DNA of 64,000 nt from an uncultured Methanosarcinaceae archaeon (GTDB taxonomy: Archaea; Halobacteriota; Methanosarcinia; Methanosarcinales; Methanosarcinaceae): positions 604,157 through 668,156 of the forward strand of contig CAVTET010000003.1 in NCBI GenBank assembly GCA_963733675.1. The letters run 5' to 3'. Shown piece after piece: positions 11,712 through 24,049 of this stretch. Positions within the stretch are counted from its first letter, which is position 1; each line of letters opens with the position of its first letter. A program made the translations under genes and the position numbers. The notes beneath the pieces are model-generated. The model did no database searches, was not told the origin of the DNA, and saw only the letters and a program-made list of their open reading frames with translations.

Positions 11712-13125
11712 CCTAAGCCACTACGGGACGCTGCTATACAGAACTCAATCAATCCTGGACGTTATATCACTGATTATCTTCTCCATTTCATTCCAGGGGG
11801 GCTGAAATGCAGTGCTCCACTCTATAGTGAAGGCATACACTTTTCCCAGCTGGTTTGACGAAATTACGGCTATATACATAATCGTCTCCTGCACCTGATG
11901 TGGTATATAGATCGTAGGCCTGCTTTACCTCGTAAGTTCTGCCTTTTTTTGTTTCTTGTTCCGATACAGGTAAGGGTCCACGATAAGTCTGATTCATGTC
12001 ACAGGGATCTATCTAGGTGTGCACTAAAGCCAACGGGGTGAAATGGTTGGGAAAATCCCATAGAAAATCGTGATTCCTTTTTAGGTCAACTCCGATGCAG
12101 TTCGTATTTCCTCCGCTCGGAGCTGGGTTGCGATTGCGACGCCAGATAGCATTGTTGTTTTGGCTGTAATGCCTGCCATCTGGATTGACATCTGGGAAGA
12201 CATAGACGTTCAGCCCCTCTACTACGGAACGTATCTGGGTAGCATTGAAGGATTTGCCTCCATATGTCAAACCAGTCCCTCCCACGTAAGCTTCAAGGAG
12301 ATCGGTGGCGAAGTTGATGCAGATATCTGCTCTCTCCCCTCTCACGGGCGTGAACAGACCCTGTAAAGAACACCCCATCGCGGTTTGTGGCAGCACATTG
12401 TCCGATGCGTATGGCATGAAAGGTACGCTCCTCGACAGTCGTATTGGGGAGATTAATAAGTTCACAGATTCCAGGATGAGCAGCGGCAAGAGCAATAAGT
12501 GCCGATTCCACTTCATCAACATTTAAATATGTCATTGTTCTCTCACTCCATCCTGGCCAGTCCACGCGGTAGCTTCTTTCCAGCCTCAAAACGGTCGGCT
12601 TTGCCAATTTCCTGCTGGCGCTGGCGACCTACCTCTGTCGCATTCTCAACTATCTGTAATGATACCGATGCCCCTCATTTTTTCTGCCTGCAGACTTTGC
12701 AGCATATCCTTTGGCACATAGGCATCTATGGTAATTGCTCTGTCCGGCTGACGCTTTGAGCTCCCACCCAGATAGAGGTGCTTATCTTTCAATAATTCGA
12801 TGAGGCTTAGTTCATCAGGAGCGCGGATGACAACTGAGAATATTTTAGAATTGTCTGTTGGTTCAACATCAAGAAGCTTCGAAGTAACAGCGAGATTCAT
12901 CCTAATAATGTCCAGCGCGAATCCGTAGTGGATGTGATCAAGCGTATCATTAGCAGTATAGATATTGGAATTTGAGTTATCAGTTCCCTCGATCGTGATT
13001 TCCTAAAGTGCCTAAAATATGACTCTTTTCATATTACTTACGTCCTTAAGTTGACCGTTTGAGAATAAAATCTATATGGGGAGACCAGACCATTCGATAA
13101 AATAACAATATTCAAATTGTTTCAT
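11712..13125 (-). pseudogene. M14 zinc carboxypeptidase (carboxypeptidase T-like), frameshifted
   Basis: GSVHARE, VNPDG, WRRNR and GVDLKRNHDF motifs split over several frames; visibly GC-richer than flanks; ends approximate. Confidence 0.8.
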
Positions 13126-13771
13126 TTTGTTTACTCCACTCTATTTTTGAATATCTTTACTTCAAGCTCATGCCATACTAGCGAGTTGATAGCATCATGT
13201 GCAATTTTCTTTCCATCCCCTAGTCTTATTTTCAGATCACTGTTCCATAACTATTATACTTATTTATTATGATCCTTTTCACATTTATATCGATGAGCGT
13301 TGCCTATTATTTTGATAAATTGATGATTCTTTAAGTCGTAGGAATATACAAATATCTACCGATGAAATTCCAAATAAATGCAAAAAACAACAAGAAAAAC
13401 ATAGGTAATTTAAATTAACGTCTATAGATATAGTTTTAGGCTTCAATGAAAGTACGCTGAAATAAAATTATAAAAATTTTACCAATACAATTAAGTGAAA
13501 TATTTTCAGAAACATTATTAAATTATACTCTTCAATAATTCTCACATGCTGAAGAAAAGAGACGGCCTGGACGAAAGGTAAACGCCTGGATCTCGAAGGG
13601 CTTGTACTCTAAGGTAATGACTTAAAGTACAGGACAAGGACCGAAGCCATTATCAGTGGATTTGAACTTCTTGTAAAAAGTACAAAGTCAGGGCAAGGGT
13701 AGTACAAAAGCGAAATGGTGAAGTACAAGAAAATTCCCAAACAGAAGATCAACGAGAATCCATTTGAATAA

Positions 13772-15346
13772 TTATATACTCAGTTCTTTCTCAAGTGTTT
13801 CAGTAACTGTTTTAAAGATTTTCATCCTGGAATAGCGCTTGTCATTTGATTCCACAACAGCCCACTGAGCAGTTATGGTGCTTGTTTTCTGAAGCATCTC
13901 ATCAACAGCAATTTTATATTCTTTCCATTTGCTTCGATTTCGCCAGTCTTCATCGGTTATTTTCCATCTTTTTTCAGGATCATTTTGCCTGCTTTTGAAA
14001 CGTTCTAACTGAGTATCCTCATCAACTTGAAGCCAGAATTTGAGAATAATAGCTCCTGTCCCTTTAATAATATTTTCAAATTCGTTTATTTCTCTATAAG
14101 CACGTTTCCATTTATCTTCGCTGCAAAGCCCATCTACTCTTTCGACCAGGATCCTTCCATACCAACTCCTGTAGAAAATTGTTATGTGCCCTGTTTTAGG
14201 GATTCCTTCACAGAAGCGCCAAAGGTAATGATGAGCTTTTTCATTATCATTTGGTGGTCCTACGGGTACCACCTTGTAGATTCTGGGGTTCAACACTTTA
14301 ACTATATGGTGTATGTCTTCTCCCTTGCCTGCTGCATCCCAGCCTTCAAATATTATAACTATGGAACGCTTTTTCCTGAAAAGCTCGTACTGTAAGGTTT
14401 CAAGCTTCTGCTGAGAAAGCTTTTTGGACTCTTCGTATTCCTTAGGGATAATATGTTTTTGACAGGTCGACTTTATCCAAGACAGAGGAACTAAGTTCAG
14501 GGAGCTTTGATATTTCTCTATCCAGGTATTCAATTGTCTGCTGCCCTAGAGTACGGGTCATATTCTCAATATAAGTTTCGATGACCTGAATTGCAGTGGT
14601 GATAATCTTAAGGGTTGCAAAGTTTCTGTCATTTGCTCCCACTGTAGTCCAAGGAGCATAGGGCAGGTCTGTTTTTTCAAGCAGTTTTTCTATAATTGGA
14701 AGGCATTCATTATATTTATGAATAAAATCCAGTTCCTTTTCATTTTTCTTTTCGTATTCATAGAGTATTAGGAGAATACCTTTTTCTTGATTTCCCTGAA
14801 ACGATCTTCTTGTTCTTTTTCACTTATATGGAGGAAAAACTTTAGTATAAGGTATCCATCATCTGAAAGCTGGCGTTCGAAACAATTTATTTTTTCCAAG
14901 CATTTCACAAGTTTCTCTTTGGATTTTGTTTTCCAGAAATGTTTCATGATTGCCCGACTGTACCAACTCCGGTCAAAGATTGCAATTTTACCTCTTACCG
15001 AGATCAGAGCCCAAAAGTGTAGGAGGAAGGGGTTGAGCGCATATTCGTAGCAGTCAAAAGTCATTGTGTGAAAATCATATCCTCTCGGGTCCAAAGGTAA
15101 CATGAAACGGTTGATTTCTTCTCCCATCCCAGATGCGTGCCAGCCTTCGAAAACAAAAATGATGGGGATCTTCAATTTCCATGCCTTACGTTGTAGCTCT
15201 CCAAGCTTAACCTCAAGTATTTCCATACTTTCTTTATATTCATCGTTACTTACTGACAATGATAGATCAATATTTTCAAGAATGCTACGACCTCCGCTTA
15301 CCTGTGAAAATAGTATCGATTTATTCAGGTATTTGATTTTGATCAT
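13772..15346 (-). pseudogene. Polyphosphate:AMP phosphotransferase (two-domain PPK2), two frameshifts
   Basis: Tandem domains with FEGWHASGMG/FDRSWY and FEGWDAAGKG/FYRSWYGR; frame breaks near 14780 and 14455. Confidence 0.88.
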
Positions 15347-15506
15347 TATTAGGACTTACGCAGTTGAAATGAAAAATCAATAGCGTTAAACCGTTAACTA
15401 TCAAAAACCCAGTGTAAAAATTTTGGAAAGTCCGGCTACAATTATACCAGGAGATAAAATTAGAAGAGAAGGATATTCTACTAAATAGGTCGAGCTCGGA
15501 TAAGCT

Positions 15507-15588
15507 TTGCACTTAAAGTCCCTTTTGCACCTAAAGTTTGAGACTTGCACCTAAAGTCGGACTGAGATGACACTTAAGGTGCAAACTC
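15507..15588. repeat. Cluster of TTGCACYTAAAGT motifs (3 direct, 1 inverted), probable IS-end or MITE scar
   Basis: Copies at 15507, 15525, 15545 and inverted ACTTAAGGTGCAA at 15572-15584. Confidence 0.7.
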
Positions 15589-16293
15589 GTTGGATGAAAG
15601 CGCTATTAAACAATTAGTGACTCTTGAAGTTCTCTTTACCGAACAAACTTCGCCAGAATCTCTTTTCTGATTTTATCGACATCCTTGACGATTATTTCAA
15701 TATTTTCATTTTGTTTCTCTGAAACAACATTCATTTTTCGTTGTCATATTAAAAGCTTCATACATCGATAATTGTTTTGATTTTATTATGATTCGGAGAA
15801 ATGGTTCTCTAAATAAAGAGATTCAGAACTATTCTTTTCGGCCAAAATTATTTGACAGTTTTCAGGATTTTCATTAAAATTATCTCGTATTTGTAGTTTT
15901 AAACCCCATAAACTGAAAAAGATGCTTGACATGGAAGTTTTGTTCCATGTTAGCATTTTTGCTATACACCGTTGTATACATTAGTAAATATTTTTTTATT
16001 ATCCCTATAATCTGTCTAATTCAATATCAAAAATGTTGATACAAAATTTTGGAAAATAATTATCAAGAAGAAGATTATCTGGCCATTAATAATTAAAAAT
16101 TGATCAAAAATTTTTTGAGCCTAATATCACTTCTTCATTCCTTAAAAATATCAAAATCCCATTTCAACATAAAAATCAAATTTCAAATTGAGTTACAAAC
16201 TATACCTGGATCTTTGTATAAAAAATATTTCATTTCCTTATTCCACAGATGCCATTATAAAGGAGCTGAGGGGAATGATGTTTATTAAAGTTT

Positions 16294-18429
16294 TCAATAC
16301 TCGACTTTCGTAGATGCTATTTTTTCGGCAAGCTTTGATAGCACCTCGGTCCTCATTCCTTCTACAAACTTGATACTGCCAACGACAAGATGACCGCCTC
16401 CACTGACACCTGCACCTTTCATTTCTTCTCTAAGTTCCCTGACAATTCTTGGAATATTCATAAGAATCCCTTTCGAACGAATGACAGCAAAGTCAGGCCC
16501 ATATCCTATAGTCACTATAGCTTTATCGGGATTTTTTTTGACAAGTATATCGTGGACTTCCCCAGAGGTTTTCCCAGGTGGTGGAAAAGTGAATTTTTGT
16601 GCATAGTTTTCGACATCAATAACGTTCATGATAGCGCCATTTGCCAATTTCTGAGACTTAACATTAAAAAGACAAATTTCAAGTTGTTCTTGTATCATGA
16701 TATTTGCCTGCTCACAAAGGAGAGAGATCAGCTTATTATGGATAGCGTGATCACCTAGATCTAGGATATCATCGATAAGGCCTTTTCCACTGCTAAATTT
16801 CAGCCAAAACTGTTCATAATCCAGCGCTAAAGCCATTTCTTTCAATTCTTCAAGAGTGTAGTGGTTTGAAACCAGAGAGATATATCTTGCAGCTTCAGGA
16901 GCTTCCGAACGATCTCCAACTGCTGAAACAGCAGGAAGATGTTTTATTGTATCGCTAACTTTGGGATTGATCATACGAGCAATCTCAGTACAGAGCATAC
17001 CTGAAGTAACCCCAAAATCCCCTCCTACATGTGCAGGATTTACATGTCCTACAATATACTGATCGACTATCTCATCAGGATGATGATGATCAATAACAAG
17101 CATATCAATGCCATAAACCCCTGCCTGCCGCATTGAGGGGACATCCTCTTCTGTTGACCCGTTGTCCACAAGGATTACAAGCGGCATTTTTTGGCCATGC
17201 CTCGCGGAATCTTCAAGTGCAAATGAAATATCCCTTATAACGTCCGCAAGTTCATAAAAAGGCGCCTTCGAAGGAGCACGCTTGTAGAAATAATATTCTG
17301 CGTCTGTTCCACCAATATCAGTAATAAGGGGCAGTATAGCCCTCTCAATTGCAATTGCCGAGGTAATCCCATCAGCGTCAGCATGATGCCTGAGTATTAT
17401 GGGCCTTGAATGGAATATAGCTTTCTTAATTTCTTTAGCTACAAGGAGCATCCTGGGTTTGAGCTTTTCCATAATATCGCTTTTTATAAGGAAAGGAATG
17501 TCAGAAGGTGATGCTTTTTCATCAATTACCCTTTCAACTCTTTCCCTGACAACTGTCTCCTTTTTTCCAGTAAGCAATTTCATACTCATTACTTCTATCT
17601 GAATCTGCTCATCCCTCAAAGTTACTTCCCCAGTGATTGAAACAATCCTATCTACATCGATGTGTGGATAGGAGCGTTTCCCTGCGCTCTCGAAAGCTGC
17701 ACACTGGATAAATCCTCCCTCATCGTTAATCGTGAAAATAGTTGGTCCACTGGTTTGCTTTACCTGGATAACATCTCCTTCTATTCGGATGATCCTACCC
17801 TTCATACTTGAGTCTATTTCAGCAGAATTCTTAAGTGGGAGCTCTTTCTCAATCTCAATTGTTTCATATTTTGTAAGGTTTTTCGGAATTAGGTCGAGTT
17901 TTCCTCCGGCTTTGATGCTTTTTACCAGTACAATCACGGGATCCCCCATTTCAGGTAAGGTTCCTCCAACATTGCTGGAGTGCATAAGCCCCCTTATATG
18001 GGGATTAAGATCCACAAAAACTCCAAAAGATGCTTTACTGTTAACTATGCCATGGTAAAGTTTTTCTGCTTCCACATCCTTAATATCACAGGAATCATCA
18101 AGTGAATAAACATATTTAGAAATGGAGCAGGAATCGCAGATCTCATCCTCTGTATCCCGAAGTTCCAAAATACGCACTCCACAAACCTTGCAAGTATATA
18201 AATTTCCGAGCCCCTCGCAAGTTTTACATTGTAGGGTTATTTCAAGATTTCCAGTGCCCTTACATTTTTCACATGTTGCTCCTTCTTTCAGGAAGCTGTC
18301 AATATCTTTTTCTGAAAATTTCATGAAATCTACTGATTTTGACTTGCCTTTTCCCTTACATTGAGGACAGACATCAGTTGAAATAAATTCATAGCCACGC
18401 CCATGGCAATCTGGACATTCCTTACTCAT
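16294..18429 (-). CDS. Archaeal RecJ-like DHH exonuclease with DnaJ-type Zn finger, S1 and OB folds (COG1107-like)
   Basis: Repeated CxxCxGxG, S1 FGVFVDL, HHADADG, DNGST, DHH and GGGH motifs. Confidence 0.92.
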   Translation of the reverse strand: MSKECPDCHGRGYEFISTDVCPQCKGKGKSKSVDFMKFSEKDIDSFLKEGATCEKCKGTGNLEITLQCKTCEGLGNLYTCKVCGVRILELRDTEDEICDSCSISKYVYSLDDSCDIKDVEAEKLYHGIVNSKASFGVFVDLNPHIRGLMHSSNVGGTLPEMGDPVIVLVKSIKAGGKLDLIPKNLTKYETIEIEKELPLKNSAEIDSSMKGRIIRIEGDVIQVKQTSGPTIFTINDEGGFIQCAAFESAGKRSYPHIDVDRIVSITGEVTLRDEQIQIEVMSMKLLTGKKETVVRERVERVIDEKASPSDIPFLIKSDIMEKLKPRMLLVAKEIKKAIFHSRPIILRHHADADGITSAIAIERAILPLITDIGGTDAEYYFYKRAPSKAPFYELADVIRDISFALEDSARHGQKMPLVILVDNGSTEEDVPSMRQAGVYGIDMLVIDHHHPDEIVDQYIVGHVNPAHVGGDFGVTSGMLCTEIARMINPKVSDTIKHLPAVSAVGDRSEAPEAARYISLVSNHYTLEELKEMALALDYEQFWLKFSSGKGLIDDILDLGDHAIHNKLISLLCEQANIMIQEQLEICLFNVKSQKLANGAIMNVIDVENYAQKFTFPPPGKTSGEVHDILVKKNPDKAIVTIGYGPDFAVIRSKGILMNIPRIVRELREEMKGAGVSGGGHLVVGSIKFVEGMRTEVLSKLAEKIASTKVEY

Positions 18430-18820
18430 TAATATCAACACCGTTGGCTCTCTCGAACCTGCGTTTTCATAATTTATGCTGTTTATTATGGTTCAGAATA
18501 AATTTCTGAATTCAACATAATCTATTTCTTTTAATCAGCCTTTAAGTATAGTGATTCGCTAGGTTACCCTATCCATCCCTAAAAATCAATACATTCCTTT
18601 TACTTTCTTTCCTGCCATTCATTTTGTCTATATTTTGTATGTTTTACATCGATCATTATTTTATAGGCGATAGTCTTTTATAATTTAGTTTTTAGAAGCA
18701 TCTGTAGGTTTCTGCAACAATTAGGTATCTATTATAACAATATTACTGTCCTTTGGTAGCTTTCAAGAACCTGAGAAACTATAGACAATTGAAAATCCTA
18801 AACATGTAGTAATTATATAG

Positions 18821-18911
18821 AAAGGATTTAGATTGATCCATTAATTTGATCTTATGACTATAAATTGTGTGGCAATGAATCGAGAAAATCAGAGGTTTAT
18901 CGAAATCCTCA
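18821..18911. repeat. ~90-bp MITE-like repeat, copy C (reverse orientation)
   Basis: Right terminus AGAGGTTTATCGAAATCCTC matches consensus; left terminus degenerate. Confidence 0.7.
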
Positions 18912-19414
18912 ATAATTTACAGATTTTTCGTGAGATTACATTACACAAAATTCTTCAAATAAGAAAGCTTACTTTGAATTATTTTTAAGACAATACTTCA
19001 GATAAATTGTATTTAGTTCTCAGTATTTCTGAATCAATAATAATGCAACAAAGATCATGAATTATGGCTGGCTTCATCATTGAATTATTGTTTCTTGTAT
19101 TAATAGTTGTATTATTAATACTTCGCAATCTATAAATACTGTAGATGGTTATGAGAGGTAATCACTTTCATGGTCTCTGTAAGCTGTTTAAAAAAATTTA
19201 AAGAATTGAAGCTTTGTGAATGAAATAGGTAAATTTGAGATGTTTGTATCATTTCAACTACTAAAAATTGGAGCTTTAAGAGCAAAATCAATAAGAGGTT
19301 TCATAAGTAGAAATTAATGTTAAGCGATTTAAACTCTTCAATACTCAAATCACCGGATTTTCTCGGAATTCTCTTATATTTACCTTCTCTAAAATAAGGT
19401 GTCATAAAGTAGGT

Positions 19415-19720
19415 TTAAGTGTCCAAGTTTGAGCATTGTAGAAACTTTAAAGCATGTATGGGATATCCTCCATAACAACTGTCACATAACACAGTTACAG
19501 TGGGACTTTTACCCCATTGTCTTACCGTTTTTATCATCCCACAATTTTCTAATTCACCCAATACTTTCGGAAAAGCCCAATCCTGGATAGGTAAAAATGA
19601 ATTTATACCCTTCACGGTAACTACTAAATTTTTAGATTTCTCAAATCCTTTTAAGTGCCAAATATGCATAGCTACCCTGTAGGTATGTCCCACTGAATTT
19701 GAAGGTAACTTGCCTGACAA
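19415..19720 (-). CDS. Hypothetical protein or gene fragment downstream of purA
   Basis: 101-codon ORF, no recognised motif. Confidence 0.25.
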   Translation of the reverse strand: MSGKLPSNSVGHTYRVAMHIWHLKGFEKSKNLVVTVKGINSFLPIQDWAFPKVLGELENCGMIKTVRQWGKSPTVTVLCDSCYGGYPIHALKFLQCSNLDT

Positions 19721-19735
19721 GCTTACTAAATAGAA

Positions 19736-21010
19736 CTATTCTTTTTTAAAGGTTTGCGACCTGGCTGGACCTACTGAAATATAATTGATAGGTACTTTCA
19801 TAAGTTCTTCTAACCTTTTGACATAATTTTTAGAATTTTTGGGGAGCTCCTCAAAGGTTTTTACTTCAGTTAGATCATTTCCCCACCCTGGGAGATCTTC
19901 GTAAACAGGTTTGCAATCCAATAGGTCATCTGCGAGTTCCGGGGGATAATCCAATTTTTTTCGTTTGTAATTATAGCAAACACAGATCCTGATCGGGTCA
20001 ATACCTGTCAATACATCCAATTTGGTTAGAGAAATCTCAGTATACCCATTAAGAACAATAGCTTTTTTCAAGAGAGGCAGATCGAACCATCCGCATCTTC
20101 GCCCTCTACCGGTAGTTGTCCCGAATTCTCCCCCAGCTTTCTGTATCTTTTCTCCCAGTTCTCCTGTAAGCTCTGTGGGAAGCGGGCCGTCTCCTACTCT
20201 TGTGATATAAGCTTTAACTATAGCAATCACTTTGTCAACCCTTGTAGGACCTACCCCAAGGTTGGCACAGGCAGAACCTGCTATTGTTGAAGAAGAAGTT
20301 ACGAATTTTTGAGTACCATGTATCACATCGAGATGAGTACCCTGAGCAGCTTCAGCCATTACATGTTTTCCTTCATCGAGAGCCTCATTGATTTCTCTAG
20401 AAACATCGGTGACATAATAAGCAAATTGCCTTCCAAGTTCAGAATATTTATTTATCCGGGTAGGGTCTCTGACTATTTTCGGATCTCCTCCCATTGCTTC
20501 AATTTCTTTTTCTTTCTGGGGAGCAAGCTCCTCAAGTTTTGCAAGTAAGCGTTCGCTGTCCACAAGCTCAGCCAGGCGGATTTCGTCTCTCGCAACCTTA
20601 TCAATGTAAGCATTACCTATTCCGCGTTTCGTGGTTCCTATTTTTGTTTTCCTCGACTCTTCCCTTAGCAAGTCCATTTCTATATGATAGGGCATGATTA
20701 TACTCGTTTTTGCATCCACTCCAAAATTATCAGCATTTATTTTTATTCCATGTTGCTCAAGCATTGAAATTTCTTCAGCCAGAATTTTCGGGTTCAGAAC
20801 AACCCCAGGCCCGATAAGAACCCTGGTATCAAGAAGGATACCTGAAGGAATAAGATGCAGCTTGTAGATTTCATCCCCTACCCTTACTGTATGACCTGCA
20901 TTGTCTCCTCCCTGAAAACGAGCAACAATGTCATAATCCTTTGCAAGAAGGTCTACTATCTTTCCTTTTCCCTCATCACCGAACTGCGCACCCGTGATTA
21001 TTGTAAACAT
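19736..21010 (-). CDS. purA: Adenylosuccinate synthetase
   Basis: QFGDEGKGK, GGDNAGHT, GTTKRGIG, GTTTGRGRRCGW, TKLDVL motifs. Confidence 0.97.
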   Translation of the reverse strand: MFTIITGAQFGDEGKGKIVDLLAKDYDIVARFQGGDNAGHTVRVGDEIYKLHLIPSGILLDTRVLIGPGVVLNPKILAEEISMLEQHGIKINADNFGVDAKTSIIMPYHIEMDLLREESRKTKIGTTKRGIGNAYIDKVARDEIRLAELVDSERLLAKLEELAPQKEKEIEAMGGDPKIVRDPTRINKYSELGRQFAYYVTDVSREINEALDEGKHVMAEAAQGTHLDVIHGTQKFVTSSSTIAGSACANLGVGPTRVDKVIAIVKAYITRVGDGPLPTELTGELGEKIQKAGGEFGTTTGRGRRCGWFDLPLLKKAIVLNGYTEISLTKLDVLTGIDPIRICVCYNYKRKKLDYPPELADDLLDCKPVYEDLPGWGNDLTEVKTFEELPKNSKNYVKRLEELMKVPINYISVGPARSQTFKKE

Positions 21011-21667
21011 AAAGCCTGATTCTGGCTTAACCATTAATAAGTTTTTGTTTGCGTTATTTTTATTTAGGCTTCATGACAATCCCAAATTGAAAACATTTGT
21101 TCATTGTTACGAATGTCAGGAATAATATTGAACTGACCCAGAAAATAAGCTTGTCACGAATCCATAATCCATGCCTTTTAATGAGTTTTTTGGAGTAAGT
21201 AGACTGGATATGGAATCTTCCTTACATTCCGTACTTAATTAGCTTTTAATCGATGATATCAAAGCAAATTTGCTTTTTTAGTCCTATTAAACGATGATAT
21301 CTGACAAAGATGTATCTTCTTCCAGTTAATGCCATATACATCAATAATTTCATTTGATATTTTTGCCTAGAATTACCCACAATTCACAAAAACTTAGTTT
21401 ATGTACTTTGATTAGAGTTAAATTCAAAATTGATGATCTAAATTTCAATGAACCTACTTCATAAACGGGAACAAAAAACATTATTTAAAGAAATTCTCAA
21501 ACTGTGAGTTCCATTCAAGATCTAGAACTCTTAAGGCTCTCTAGATAACAATCAGTCTCATGATGTTGTGGAGGATTTCCCTATATAATGCCTCGAGAAT
21601 ATCCAGTAGATTGATCTAAAATACCTAGTCAAAAATGGACTAAGACTCGAATTTGAGAGATCTTACT

Positions 21668-21758
21668 AGAGTATTTCGATAAGCTCCCTAATTTTGTACT
21701 TTGCTTATAAATGGTAAATAAATGATTCACGAAAATTAGAGGTTGATCAAAATCCTCA
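21668..21758. repeat. ~90-bp MITE-like repeat, copy D (reverse orientation)
   Basis: AGAGTATTTCGATAAGCTC ... AGAGGTTGATCAAAATCCTC. Confidence 0.75.
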
Positions 21759-22257
21759 CTAATTAGTACATGTTTTAGTACAAAAATATGTTAATCGAAA
21801 CAATACGTTTAGAACCAGAATCTAAAGCTGGCATATATTTTATAATATGTAAATTTGTTTCTTGATTCTCTTTTATTCATACGATACAAAGTTATATCTT
21901 TTGTTTTCGATATTTTCGCTCCTTCAGAAAAATATGTGTTTATTTGAATATTTTTATTAGAAGAACTAACTTATGTCCATTATTTTCCAAATGATAATTC
22001 AATTTGTTCATTTTAGGCAAGTATTTATGATCAGAAACAATATTTCCTCATATAATATATTACTTGACTATTAATCATCAAATAACATTTTTTGAGATTG
22101 TCAGTTTTGATAACCAATTATTATATCCTATAAATATACAAGTTGCCTTGAATATACGGATATGTAATTATTTGACGAAATGGTATTCTCACAGTGTGTC
22201 TATCGATAGAAAACATAAAAATGTATCAAATTAAGCAAAATTTTGGAGATGAAACAA

Positions 22258-22626
22258 ATGAGTAAGCAAAAACTTTCCAGAATAATTAATATTTTGATAG
22301 CTGTATTTCTCATAGTAACATTAACAGTTGCTTCAGCAAGCGCATGTTCTAGTAAGTCGGTCAAAAACTCAAATTCGGTTGATAACAATATCCCTGTCGA
22401 CTCGAATCCGGTTAATTACGAAAATCCCAGCAATATGAATCCGATTAGCAACATGAATCCAGTTAGCAACACGAATCCGGTTAATTACGGAAACCCCAGC
22501 AACATGAATCCGGTTAATTATGGAAATCCCAGCAACATGAATCCGGTTAATTATGGAAACCCCAGCAACATGAATCCAGTTAACGGAAACCTTGATAATG
22601 GGTTTAATTCTAACAGTTGGATTTGA
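22258..22626 (+). CDS. Small secreted Asn-rich tandem-repeat protein (shared-leader family member 1)
   Basis: Signal peptide MSKQKLSRIINILIAVFLIVTLTVASASA; 11-aa repeats NPVNYGNPSNM with synonymous variation between 33-bp units; GGAG RBS. Confidence 0.8.
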   Translation: MSKQKLSRIINILIAVFLIVTLTVASASACSSKSVKNSNSVDNNIPVDSNPVNYENPSNMNPISNMNPVSNTNPVNYGNPSNMNPVNYGNPSNMNPVNYGNPSNMNPVNGNLDNGFNSNSWI

Positions 22627-24049
22627 ACATTTGGTTTGTCAGCTATAAGGCCTATTGGGTTCTACAAAAAAATAATTGAAACAAGAGATTTTTTTATCAT
22701 TTTCTGGATTTTTGATTGAGTGCAGCCATTAGCCGGTATAATTAATTGCACATTTTGTCAATACCAGAAGATATTAAAAAAATCTCTGGAATAAAGAACT
22801 TTCATTATAGTCCTCAAAGTAAAAATGAAGATTTCAAAAACTTAGACTAATGAACTTATCTACAAGTAGACTTACTGGTATTTTCGCAAATTTGCTGTAA
22901 ATTCAAAGCTGAATTTTTGTATACTATCTGTAATTGGGTTCTTCAAAGGTGTGATTTCTACCCGCAAAATTTCTTTAGAGTTTTGATTTCAAAAAAAGAG
23001 ATCCACTTTCTTATACCCTCTCTACTAAACTTAAATGTAGAGACTTTCAGTTATTCCCTAGGTTTTGAAAATCTGTGCATTTTTTCAATTTGATCCAAAA
23101 TTTTGATATTTTTACTGGAATTATGTGGCAACACTGCAGAAATTTTGAGAAAATGTATCATTTTTACTAAAATAATTGTTACAGCATAAATCCAAAATGT
23201 TGCTGCCTTCAGACATTGAATAATATAATTTCTATAAATATTGAATGTAAATGTTATTAGAACATGTAGAAATTAAATTGCTCCATAACTACATCAACGA
23301 TAAAGCTCCATTGCTTCAAACGAGACACTCTATATAAATCCAAGTATATCACATTATTGGACCTTCTGGCAAATTACATTATTAACTTCGTCAGTGATTT
23401 ACTTGAACGTACTGGTGGTTGATGCGGGGATTCGGCTAAGAACCTTTAGAATACCTAATTATGGCATCTGAACAAAACTAGGGAAAACGTGGAAATGCGC
23501 ATACAGGTGTTTACACATGGAGATTATTTTATATGAGATACTAACTGAAAAACTTGTTATTTCATGGAAACAATACTCTTTCGTTAATGAAACAACACCT
23601 AAAGTCAATCCCTATATCTCTTCACAAGCTACAATCGTCAATTTCTCCTGAAATATATGCCCATAGTACTCAAGTCAATGCGCCTAAATCAGGATGAAGG
23701 ATATCAGCTTACAAGTGCACTCTGGAATGATTTGAAGTATTTTGCAGATATCGATTTATTACTTTTCAAGATGGATAAAGAAACAGTATCAATGGATGTT
23801 CACACACCATCCAATATGGATAGTAAACAGCTTGATTTCCATCTTATTTTTGGCACTTTTATAATTAATTGTGCCAATTGTAGACCTAATGCAGCACCGA
23901 TAAAGCATAGACCATTACGATTTGCCTCTGATTTTTATAAATTATTTATCTGTCACTCATAATCATATGACACAATTTAGGAGTTTGTCAAAATTCTCCT
24001 TGATTAATTTTTTTTTGTGTCCTTTGGATATGTGGAAATATTTTCGGAT

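Noticed and set aside
13546-13771. Coding-like fragment (KVNAWISKGLYSKV / TEAIISGFELLVK)
   Set aside because: Possibly a ribbon-helix-helix gene relic, but too broken to assign
15922-15956. Isolated hairpin ATGCTTGACATGGAA/TTCCATGTTAGCAT
   Set aside because: Single copy, 340 bp from the nearest gene end; no function supportable
22400-22590. 33-bp tandem repeats as a CRISPR array
   Set aside because: No unique spacers; units are in-frame coding repeats; no cas genes in the window
23657-23962. 101-aa ORF
   Set aside because: No RBS or recognisable motif; lies in decayed DNA
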